Assembly (NCBI GenBank): GCA_964543955.1
Contig: CAZJBN010000001.1
Span: 56,837 to 120,836 of the forward strand
Origin: an uncultured Bifidobacteriaceae bacterium
GTDB taxonomy: Bacteria > Acidobacteriota > Vicinamibacteria > Vicinamibacterales > UBA2999
Direction of reading: 5' to 3'
Length of the DNA: 64,000 nt
The notes under the pieces were generated by a model. That model saw only the letters and a list, made by a program, of their open reading frames with translations. It was not told the DNA's origin and made no database searches. Shown here piece after piece: positions 54,199-64,000 of the stretch (its first letter is position 1; the number at the start of each line of letters is the position of its first letter). The position numbers were made by a program, and so were the translations under genes.

Positions 54199-57100
54199 CT
54201 AGTCGGTCATCCCGGGGGCGGGGCTGAGGTCCCGCCCCACGCCTGCCCCCCGCCTCGCCGCACTCCAGGCGACCACGTCATCGGCCAGCGAATACGCCAC
54301 CGGCACCACGATCAGCGTGAGAAACAGGGACAGGGTCTGCCCGCCGATGACGACGACGGCAATCGTCCGACGCTCTTCGGCGCCCGGGCCGCTGCCGATG
54401 GCGAGCGGCAGCATGCCGCCGACGAGCGCAAGCGTGGTCATCAGGATCGGGCGCAGCCGGTCGCGGTTGGCATCCAGGATCGCGCGCTCGCGCGGCAGGC
54501 CCTTCCGCCGCAGGTTGAGTGTGTGATCGATCTGGAGGATCGCGTTCTTGGCGACCACGCCGAAGAGTACGAGCATGCCCAGCGCGGAGTACAGGTTCAG
54601 CGTATCCCGCGTGAGGTAGACCGACAGCAGAGCAAAGGGCAGTGACAGCGGCAGCGCCAGCAGGATGATGAGCGGGTTGACCAGACTCTCGTACTGCGCG
54701 GCGAGGACCATGTACATGAAGATCACGGAGAGCAGGAACGCCCAGCCGAACTCTCTGAATGTGCGCTCGAGCTCGCGCCCGCGCCCTGAGACGGCGGTCG
54801 TGTACGCGGCCGGCATCCCGAGATCGCCGGCTGCCGCCCGTACTGCCGCGAGACGGTCGCCGAGCGCGTAGCCCTGCGCGATTCCCGAGCGCAGGTTCGC
54901 CTGCCGCTGCCGATCGAAGCGATCCACGCGCGACGGGCTGCGCCCTTCCTCCAGCGTCACCACCGAGTCGAGCCGGACCATCTCACCGGTGTTCCGGGCG
55001 ACGTACAGGCGCGCGATCGTGTCGGGATCGCGCCGGTCGGCATCGACCAGCCGGAGCTGTACGTCGTAGTCCTCGCCGACGGCCGGATCGCGATAGCGCG
55101 AGACTTCCTGGTCGCCTCCGACCATCAGGCGAAGCGCGGCCGCGACGTCCTGCGTGTTGATGCCGAGGTCGGCCGCCCGCGCGCGATCGATCTTCACGCG
55201 GAGTTCCGGCTTGTTCAGCTTGAGCGTCGTGTCGGCGTCCTGCAGGCCGAGCTCGCCGGCCTTCTGCCGCAGCGCCTCCGTATAACGGGCCAGCGACTCC
55301 AGCTCGGGGCCGCGGATGATGAAGTCGAGGTCGTGGTTGCCGCCGCCGATGTTGAAGGTCTGCAGGTTGCGCACCGAGACGCGCAGGTCGCGATAGGCGC
55401 GCATCCTGACTCGCACCTGCTGCATCACGTCGCGCTGTGAGTAGTTGCCGCGGAAGGCCTCGAGGGGATCCAGCGTCAGCACGCCCCTGACCAGCCGCGT
55501 CAGCGAGAAGACCCGCTCGTCGTGAGGCGCAATCTGCACGAAGACCTGGCCCTCGTTGACCGTGCCGAGCGGGCCGCCTGCGACCGTCGAGAGCACGAGC
55601 CGGACCCCGGGCACCGACTCGACGTCCCGCTCGATCGCGGCCATGACGTCGTTCATTGCCGCCGGGCTCGCCCCCTCCGGCGCGACCACGTTCATCTCGA
55701 ACTGCGCTTCGTCCGCGCCGCTCGGGATGAACTCCTGTCGGACCAGTCGGTAGAGCGCCAGGTTGCCGACCATCACGAGCAGCGCGACGACGGCCACGGC
55801 CGCGCGCCGCCGCAGCGCGAGTTCGAGCGTGCGGTGGTAGACGCGGTCGATCCACCCATAGAAACCCTGCCGCGACGTCGAGCCGTCGTGCCCCACCGGT
55901 GCGCCGCCCGCCTGGCCCTTGCCCCGCCCGAACATCCGGGCGCTCATCATGGGCGTCAGCGTGAACGAGACGAGCAGGCTCACGAGGATCGCGCAGGCCG
56001 CGGTCAATCCGAACTGGTAGAGGAACCGGCCCGAGATGCTCGACATGAACGACACGGGGATGAAGATCACGACGAGGCACATCGTGGTCGCGAGCACCGG
56101 CAGCGCGATCTCGGCGGTGGCCTCACGCGCCGCTTCGAAGGCATCCATGCCCTTCTCGTCGATGAAACGGAAGATGTTCTCCAGCACGACGATCGCATCG
56201 TCGATGACGATGCCCACCATCAGGACGAGCGCGAGCATCGTGACGGTGTTGAGCGTGAAGCCGAGCGCCGCCATCAGGCCGAACGTGGACACGACCGAGG
56301 CCGGGATGGCGACGGCGGCAATCACCGTGGCCCTCCAGTCGCGCATGAAGGCGAAGACGACGAGACACGCGAGGAGGCTGCCGAGCACCAGGTGCACGTT
56401 GATCTCGTGCAGCGACGCGTAGATGTGCGTCGACGAGTCGCGTACGACGTCCATCGAGACGCCGGCCGGGAGCACCTGGCGCAACCGCTCGAGCTGGACC
56501 TTGAGCGCCTCGATCACCTCGACCGTGTTGGCGCCGGACTGGCGGCGGACCTCGAGCACCACGGCCGGCACGCCGTTCAACCGCGCGAGGGAGCGCTGTT
56601 CCTTGGTGCCGTCCTCGGCATGGCCGATGTCGCGAACGTGAATCGGCTGCCCGGCCCGTGTCGCAATCACCAGCTCGTTGAACTGCGAGGCATCCGTGAA
56701 GCGGCCCATCGTCCGGAGCGTGCGCTCGGAGACGTCCGTCGTGACGTTGCCTCCGGGCACGTCGGCGTTCTGCTGCTGCAGCGCGGCGCGCACGTCCGCG
56801 ATCGGCAGGCGATAGGCGGCCAGCCGATCGGCTTCGACCCAGATGTTGACCGCGCGCTCGAGCCCGCCGACGATCTGCACTTCGCCGACGCCGGTGGACC
56901 GTTCGAGCGCCACCTTGACGGTCTTGTCCGCAATCTCGGTGAGCTCGCGAATCGACAGGTGGCCCGAAAGCGCGACCGACAGGGTCGGCGACTGCTCGCT
57001 GTTCTGCTTCTGGATGAGCGGCGGCTCGACATCGTCGGGCAGCCGCCTGAGGACGGATGCCACGCGATCCCGCACGTCCTGCGCCGCGATGTCGATGTCG

Positions 57101-57399
57101 CGATCGAGATCGAACGTGACGATGACGAGCGACTGGCCGTTGCCCGAGATGGACCTGAGCTCGGTGATCCCTTCGACGCGGTTGACGGCCTCCTCGATGA
57201 CGTCGGAGACCTGGGTCTCCATCTCCTCGACCGATGCGCCGGGCAGGGTCGTGCGCACCATGATGGTCGGCAGGTCCACCGCGGGGAACCGGTCGATGCC
57301 GAGGCGGAAGAAGGAGGCGGCGCCCACGACCACGAGCGCCAGGACGATCATCGTGGCGAAGACGGGACGCGCGATGCAGGTGGCGGCGAGCGAGCGCAT
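54199..57399 (-). CDS. efflux RND transporter permease (AcrB/HAE1-like)
   Basis: 1066 aa. The N-terminus (CIARPVFATMIVLALVVVGAASFFRLGIDRFPAVDLPTI) and the 12-TM/two-loop architecture fit the family. Confidence 0.95.
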   Translation of the reverse strand: MRSLAATCIARPVFATMIVLALVVVGAASFFRLGIDRFPAVDLPTIMVRTTLPGASVEEMETQVSDVIEEAVNRVEGITELRSISGNGQSLVIVTFDLDRDIDIAAQDVRDRVASVLRRLPDDVEPPLIQKQNSEQSPTLSVALSGHLSIRELTEIADKTVKVALERSTGVGEVQIVGGLERAVNIWVEADRLAAYRLPIADVRAALQQQNADVPGGNVTTDVSERTLRTMGRFTDASQFNELVIATRAGQPIHVRDIGHAEDGTKEQRSLARLNGVPAVVLEVRRQSGANTVEVIEALKVQLERLRQVLPAGVSMDVVRDSSTHIYASLHEINVHLVLGSLLACLVVFAFMRDWRATVIAAVAIPASVVSTFGLMAALGFTLNTVTMLALVLMVGIVIDDAIVVLENIFRFIDEKGMDAFEAAREATAEIALPVLATTMCLVVIFIPVSFMSSISGRFLYQFGLTAACAILVSLLVSFTLTPMMSARMFGRGKGQAGGAPVGHDGSTSRQGFYGWIDRVYHRTLELALRRRAAVAVVALLVMVGNLALYRLVRQEFIPSGADEAQFEMNVVAPEGASPAAMNDVMAAIERDVESVPGVRLVLSTVAGGPLGTVNEGQVFVQIAPHDERVFSLTRLVRGVLTLDPLEAFRGNYSQRDVMQQVRVRMRAYRDLRVSVRNLQTFNIGGGNHDLDFIIRGPELESLARYTEALRQKAGELGLQDADTTLKLNKPELRVKIDRARAADLGINTQDVAAALRLMVGGDQEVSRYRDPAVGEDYDVQLRLVDADRRDPDTIARLYVARNTGEMVRLDSVVTLEEGRSPSRVDRFDRQRQANLRSGIAQGYALGDRLAAVRAAAGDLGMPAAYTTAVSGRGRELERTFREFGWAFLLSVIFMYMVLAAQYESLVNPLIILLALPLSLPFALLSVYLTRDTLNLYSALGMLVLFGVVAKNAILQIDHTLNLRRKGLPRERAILDANRDRLRPILMTTLALVGGMLPLAIGSGPGAEERRTIAVVVIGGQTLSLFLTLIVVPVAYSLADDVVAWSAARRGAGVGRDLSPAPGMTD
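54215..54238. repeat. GC palindrome GGGGCGGG-GCTGAGGT-CCCGCCCC inside the last codons of the RND gene
   Basis: 8-bp arms with an 8-nt loop, 14-39 nt upstream of the stop. Related to 51800-51817. Confidence 0.55.
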
Positions 57400-57417
57400 C
57401 GTGACGGGCGCCTCTGG

Positions 57418-58608
57418 CTACGGGGCCGCGACCGTGACGGCGTCGCCGTCGGCAATCGCGCCGCCGTTGACGATGACGACGTCGCCGGCCGCGAGGCCGT
57501 CCAGAACTTCGACGCGGTCGCCGGTCCTGGCGCCCGTGTGAATGCGGCGTTCGCGGGCGGTGCCCTCCTCCACGATCAGCACCTTCTCGACGCCCGCAAA
57601 CACGATGACGGCCGACTGGGGCACGACGAGCGCGGGGGCCTCGCTGATGACGATGTCCGCCCGCGCGAACGTGCCCGGACGAAGCTCGGCCTTCGGATTC
57701 GGCACCGAGGCTTCGATGGCCAGCGTGCGCGTACCTGCGGCAATGGACGGGCTCAGCCTGACCACGCGGCCCTCGTAGGTCACCGGGCTTCCTTCGACCG
57801 TCACGTGCACGAGCTGTCCGGCGCGAATCTCGCTGGCGCTCCGCTCGGGGACGCCAAGCTGCAGGCGCAGGGGATCCTGGCGCACGACGGTCACGACGGG
57901 CGTGCCGGCGGCCCGGAACTCGCCAGCCACCGCCATGCGCTCCCGTACGACGCCGTCGATGGGCGAGCGAAGGAAGGTGTCCTGGAGCTGCTGCTCGGCC
58001 AGAGCCAGCGCCGACCGCCGCTCGGCAAGCACCGCCTGCCGATTGCGCACTTCTTCGAGCGCGTCCTCGTGACGGCCGTCCGCGATCTGCAGGTTGGCCT
58101 CGGCGGTGTCGAGCTCGGCCTTTGCCGCGATGCCGCGCGTGACGAACGTGGCGATGCGATCGCGCTGCAGGCGTGCCTCTTCGAGCGCCGCGCGCGCCTG
58201 CCTGACGAGCGAGGTCCGATCGATGTCCACCGTGTCGTCGTCGCCGTCGAGCGGCAGCCCGAGCCGTGCGCGCGCCTGCTGCAGGGCGGCGTGGGCCTGC
58301 TGGCGCCTGAGCTCGAAGTCCGTGGGCGTCAGCCGCGCGATGATGTCTCCCTGCCGGACCGGCGAGCCGAGGTCGACGCGGAGCTCCTCCAGCCGGCCGG
58401 TCACCTTCAGGCTGAGCATCACCTCTTCCTCGGCGGCGAGGGTCCCGTTGACGGTGACCGTTCGGACGAGCTGCGCGGTGGCCACACGGGCTGTCGCGAC
58501 GGCATGCGCCTCGCTGTCGTTCGGCCGGGTCTGTGCCGCCGACGGACGACCACCGCAGCCGGCCGCCGTCAGTCCCAGCAAGGCGATGAGGAGGACGACA
58601 GGGTGCAT
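57418..58608 (-). CDS. efflux RND periplasmic adaptor subunit
   Basis: 396 aa. Lipobox LGLTAAGC with coiled-coil hairpin and beta-barrel segments. Ends 18 nt upstream of the RND permease gene. Confidence 0.9.
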   Translation of the reverse strand: MHPVVLLIALLGLTAAGCGGRPSAAQTRPNDSEAHAVATARVATAQLVRTVTVNGTLAAEEEVMLSLKVTGRLEELRVDLGSPVRQGDIIARLTPTDFELRRQQAHAALQQARARLGLPLDGDDDTVDIDRTSLVRQARAALEEARLQRDRIATFVTRGIAAKAELDTAEANLQIADGRHEDALEEVRNRQAVLAERRSALALAEQQLQDTFLRSPIDGVVRERMAVAGEFRAAGTPVVTVVRQDPLRLQLGVPERSASEIRAGQLVHVTVEGSPVTYEGRVVRLSPSIAAGTRTLAIEASVPNPKAELRPGTFARADIVISEAPALVVPQSAVIVFAGVEKVLIVEEGTARERRIHTGARTGDRVEVLDGLAAGDVVIVNGGAIADGDAVTVAAP

Positions 58609-58706
58609 GCCCTCCTCATTCTATGTTGACGCCTGCCGTCGGGCCGGTACGCGGAGGCTTCTGGAGACAAGGATTTACAAAGATCGCGCGAATGTCTTCG
58701 GAATGG

Positions 58707-60544
<1,838 letters not shown>

Positions 60545-60548
<4 letters not shown>

Positions 60549-61654
60549 TCGCCCGCTTTGCCCTGGAGAAGCGACTCGGTGGGGAGCGTCTGCGGGCCGT
60601 TCTCGGTGCACACGGCAAACGTGGCCGGGTACATCGACACGCCGGCATACTCGCCCTTGCGATTGACGATGTAGAAGTTGAGGCCGAAGGCGGGCAGGCC
60701 GCGCGAGTTGAGGAGCCGCTTCTCGACCGTGTTCGTCTGCACGCGCCGGAGCGCTTCCATGCCCGCATCCTTGGGTGTCTTGCCCATGCGCATCTGCTCG
60801 ACGATGAGGAAGGAACAGAGATTGTACAGGTTGGCTTCGCCGCGCCCCGTCGAGCCGGCCGCGCCGACTTCGTTGTCCACGTAGAGCCCGGCGCCCAGGA
60901 TCGGCGAGTCACCCACGCGTCCGGGGATCTTCCACGCCAGTCCGCTCGTGGTAGTGACGCCGCAGACATCGCCCTTGCTGTTGACGCCGTCGCAGTTGAT
61001 CGTGCCGTAGAAGTGGTCGGGATCGATCAGGCCGTCCCGGACCATGCTGAGGCCTGCCATCATCATGGCTTCGCCCCGCTTCTTCGGATCGAGGTAGTGC
61101 TCCGGATCGATGCGGCGCTTCCACTCGAGCCAGCGGCTGCGCGATTCGGGCGTGTTCAGGTCGTCCTCGACGGTGAACCCCATGTTTCGGGCGAAGGCCT
61201 GCGCTCCGGCGCCGACCAGCAGGTGGTGATCGGTGTTCTCGAGGACGGCCTTCGCGACGAGCGACGGGGCCTTCACGCCCTCGATGGCGGCGACACCCCC
61301 CGCACGCTTCGTCGGGCCGTGCATGCAGCACGAATCGAGCTGCACGACGCCTTCGGCGTTCGGCAAGCCGCCGAAGCCGACGCTCGTGTCCTCAGGATCC
61401 AGCTCGCAGAGATTGACGCCGGCGACGAGGGCGTCGAGCACGTCGGTGCCCTTCGTGATCATGTCGAACGCGAGGTGGACACCTGTCTGCGGCCCGCCGT
61501 TCTTGTAGCGGTTGCCGTTCGACGAGGCGATCACGACCGGCTTGATGCCCGTCTGGAGGGCCGCCGAGCGACCGAAGATCGGCGCCGGCGTCGCAAGGGC
61601 AACGCCGGCCGCCGTGCCAGCCTGGACGAATTCCCGACGGGTGAGCCTGCTCAT
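60545..61654 (-). CDS. N4-(beta-N-acetylglucosaminyl)-L-asparaginase / isoaspartyl peptidase family Ntn hydrolase, Tat-exported
   Basis: 369 aa. Twin-arginine signal MSRLTRREFVQAGTAAGVALATPA. Autoprocessing and active-site region GTINCDG...TTTSGLAWKIPGRVGDSPILGAGLYVD...GSTGRGE. Confidence 0.9.
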
Positions 61655-61749
61655 GGGGTGGCTGCCTCCTGAATGGCCGGCATGCTACCACGGTGGATGG
61701 TGGGGGAGGGGAGGGAGTGCCCTGTGCACCGCACGCCGCATTCTTCCGA

Positions 61750-64000
61750 CTATTCCGCCCTCAACGCCTCCGCCGGCTCGGTCTGCGCCGCCCGCCGTGC
61801 AGGGGCCCAGCATGCGGCGAGGAGGACCGCCGCCAGGACGATGACCGTCGCGCCGAACGACACGGGATCCATCGGACCGACGCCGACCAGCAGGCCCCGC
61901 GCCAGCGATGCTGCTCCCGCCGCCAGTCCCAGTCCCAGAAGCCCTCCCGTGCCGGCCAGCCACGCCGCCTGCCGAATCACCATGCCCCGCACGGTGGCCC
62001 CGGATGCCCCGAGCGCCATCCGGATGGCAATCTCGCGCGTCCGCTGGACGACGAGAAACGCCATCAGGCCATAGAGGCCGAGCGCCGCGAGCAGGAGGCC
62101 CACGGTTCCCACGCTCCCCACAATCCAGGCCGCGAGGCGCTGCGGCACCAGGCCAACAGCCACGGCATCCTCGAACGACTGCAGCATGACGACGGGCACG
62201 TTCGGTTCGACAGCGGCCATCGCGGCACGCACGTCGGCAGCGACAGGGCGGCCTCCGTGTCGGACATAGAACTGGATCTGGCCGGCCGGCTGCTGCGCCA
62301 TCGGCACGTAGATGAAGGGCCGTGGCGGATCGCTGAGGTAGCGATAGTGGGCATCGCGTGCCACGCCGATCACCACGACCGGCCGCTCGCTGTCGGGGTT
62401 CGCCCGCTGGTAGAACGCGTGTCCAACAGCGGACCCGCCAGGCCAGGCGCGTGCGGCAAGCGTCTCGTTGACGATGGCGACGAGCGGCGCGTCTTCGCGA
62501 TCGATTGGGGAGAACGCGCGGCCGTCGACGATGTCCATCCCGACGGTGCGGAAGTAGTCAGGCGAGACCACGTCCCAGTCCGCCTCCCATCGCCCGTCCT
62601 CGCGCGGCCCCTGCGCCCCGGGAACGCGGATGCTGCCCAGGCCGAAGCCGCTTCCCTGCAGCGGGATCATCCGCGCCGCGGCGGCCGACGTGACGCCGTC
62701 GATGCCGGCCAGGCGCTCGGTGAAGCGTTCCGCGAGCGCCACCGCCCGCTGTCCGCGATAGCCGGACAAGGACACGTCAACGGACGCGATCAGCACGCCG
62801 GCGGTCCTGAACCCCGAGTCAATGGTGGCTGCCGTCTGGAGGGTCCGCGCGAACAGCATCGCGACGACCACGAGCGTCAGCGACAGCGCGACCTGGGCGA
62901 CGACGAGAGCATTCCGCAGGCGGAACCGGCGGCGGTCGGCCGTGGCTGTGCCGCCGTGCAGCAGCGGCGCCAGATTGCCCGCGAGCGCATGGCGGGCGGG
63001 TGCCAGACCGAAGGCGACGGCCGTTGCGAGAGCCGTCACCATCGCGAAGGTGACGACGCGGATGTTGACCGTGACGTCCAGGTTGATGGGGACGGGAAGC
63101 GCGGGCAGAAAGCGCTCGAGCAGGCGGATCAGGCCGAGGGTCAGGGGAATGGCGGCGAGGCCCGCCGCGACGAACAGCACGAGCGTCTCGGTGAGGAGCT
63201 GGGCGAGGAGGCGGCCGCGGCCGGCACCAATGGCCAGCCGGGTTGCCATCTCCCGGCGGCGGCCTGCCGCGCGCGCGAGGAGCATGCCGGCCACGTTCGT
63301 GCAGGCGATGGCCACGAGGGCCGCTGTCATCGTGAACAAGAGGCCGAGGAACCAGGCAAAGGGCAGGCGCATGGGCCCCGGGATGCCGCCGGTTGGCCCG
63401 ACGGCGATGGCATAGCGCGGATTCACTCGCGCCTCCTCGAGCCTGAAGCTGTCGAGCAGCGCATTGAGTTCGGCCTGCGCCTGTGCCTGGCTGACGCCGG
63501 TCCCGAGTCGGCCGACGGCCATCATCCACACGTCGCGCGGCTCGTCGAGAATCCCAGCCGTTTCCTGCCCTGTGGCGACGGCGATCATCGCGACGGGCAG
63601 CCAGACGTCCGTGCCCACGAACGTCGCGCCCTGGAACCCGGCCTCGGCCACGCCGACGATGGTGAAGTCGCTGTTGTTGAGGCGCACCGACCGCCCCAGC
63701 ACGTCGGGGCTCGCGTCGAAGTGCCGGGTCCAGAACGCATGGCTGAGCACGACAACCGGCCGCGCACCGGGCACTTCGTCCTCGTCGGGCCGAAAGAACC
63801 GGCCGAGTGCGGGGCGGGTGCCGAGCACATCGAAGTAGTCGTGCGAGACGACGCTCCCGAAGATGCGCTCACTTGTTCCGGCACCGCCGAGGCTGAGCGG
63901 GCCGCCGCCGAACTGCACGGCTGCAAGTCCCGTCAGGGTCGTGGTGTGGTCGCGGAGGTACTCGAAGATCGGATACGACATGTTGTCGAACCCGTCACCG
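61750..64000 (-). CDS. ADOP-family duplicated FtsX/MacB-like ABC permease (N-terminus beyond the window end)
   Basis: The frame stays open to the window edge (...GDGFDNMSYPIFEYLRD...). Two FtsX modules are present, and the C-terminus matches the 17740-20283 paralogue pattern (RAAQTEPAEALRAE versus RASRVDPLVVLRDE). Confidence 0.88.
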   Translation of the reverse strand, partial: GDGFDNMSYPIFEYLRDHTTTLTGLAAVQFGGGPLSLGGAGTSERIFGSVVSHDYFDVLGTRPALGRFFRPDEDEVPGARPVVVLSHAFWTRHFDASPDVLGRSVRLNNSDFTIVGVAEAGFQGATFVGTDVWLPVAMIAVATGQETAGILDEPRDVWMMAVGRLGTGVSQAQAQAELNALLDSFRLEEARVNPRYAIAVGPTGGIPGPMRLPFAWFLGLLFTMTAALVAIACTNVAGMLLARAAGRRREMATRLAIGAGRGRLLAQLLTETLVLFVAAGLAAIPLTLGLIRLLERFLPALPVPINLDVTVNIRVVTFAMVTALATAVAFGLAPARHALAGNLAPLLHGGTATADRRRFRLRNALVVAQVALSLTLVVVAMLFARTLQTAATIDSGFRTAGVLIASVDVSLSGYRGQRAVALAERFTERLAGIDGVTSAAAARMIPLQGSGFGLGSIRVPGAQGPREDGRWEADWDVVSPDYFRTVGMDIVDGRAFSPIDREDAPLVAIVNETLAARAWPGGSAVGHAFYQRANPDSERPVVVIGVARDAHYRYLSDPPRPFIYVPMAQQPAGQIQFYVRHGGRPVAADVRAAMAAVEPNVPVVMLQSFEDAVAVGLVPQRLAAWIVGSVGTVGLLLAALGLYGLMAFLVVQRTREIAIRMALGASGATVRGMVIRQAAWLAGTGGLLGLGLAAGAASLARGLLVGVGPMDPVSFGATVIVLAAVLLAACWAPARRAAQTEPAEALRAE

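Noticed and set aside
55522-58629. 1035-aa ORF on the + strand
   Set aside because: It is antisense to the RND permease and adaptor genes and has the same low-complexity Arg/Asp/Gly composition. The minus-strand genes have clear family signatures.

Overview
High-GC bacterial chromosomal segment, most consistent with an Acidobacteriota genome. That inference rests on two ADOP-type duplicated FtsX permeases, two exported VWA proteins of the acidobacterial VWFA type, and many exported peptidases. About 45 protein-coding genes are supportable, tightly packed, with several ATGA or TTGA stop/start overlaps.

Content in order:
- Partial histidine kinase, acyl-lipid desaturase, EamA transporter, divergent LysR regulator.
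- A three-gene exported locus (859-aa orphan protein, VWA protein, VWA-TPR giant).
- A czcCBA heavy-metal RND pump with an OmpR-type regulator and kinase in the same array.
- An ADOP permease, then an accessory junction at 20.28-24.31 kb. The junction holds an intact IS1380-family element with perfect 18-bp inverted repeats, a frameshifted IS66-family transposase, a decayed ECF-sigma fragment and unusual GATTG/CAATC repeat blocks.
- Prolyl oligopeptidase plus tandem M20 peptidases, a polytopic membrane protein plus an exported amidase, and a hybrid histidine kinase.
- A minus-strand run of DUF2235 hydrolase, DUF1028, NHL propeller, two DinB-fold proteins, two hypotheticals and msrB, followed by a plus-strand rlmA-like methyltransferase.
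- D-aminoacylase, a TPR-like protein, a YkgJ/FliB-like Cys-cluster protein, an MBL hydrolase, xthA and a TolB-like propeller.
- An exported SAM methyltransferase, an AcrAB-like RND pair, a lipoprotein M2 (ACE-like) peptidase coupled to a Tat-exported glycosylasparaginase, and a second ADOP permease cut by the window end.

I found no rRNA, tRNA, CRISPR array, prophage or canonical defence system. Most long ORFs in the six-frame track that lie opposite these genes are GC-driven artefacts.

I cannot point to a clear-cut novel system. The best candidates for something undescribed are:
- the exported orphan/VWA/VWA-TPR trio (3264-9890);
- the membrane-tethered DUF2235 hydrolase with an iterated GGGGTCAGGTC motif upstream;
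- three short repeat families (GATTG modules bracketing the IS junction, a GGGGWCAGGCGTCTTT box, and GC palindromes embedded in gene 3' ends).

All functional calls come from reading the translated ORFs by eye. No searches were run.
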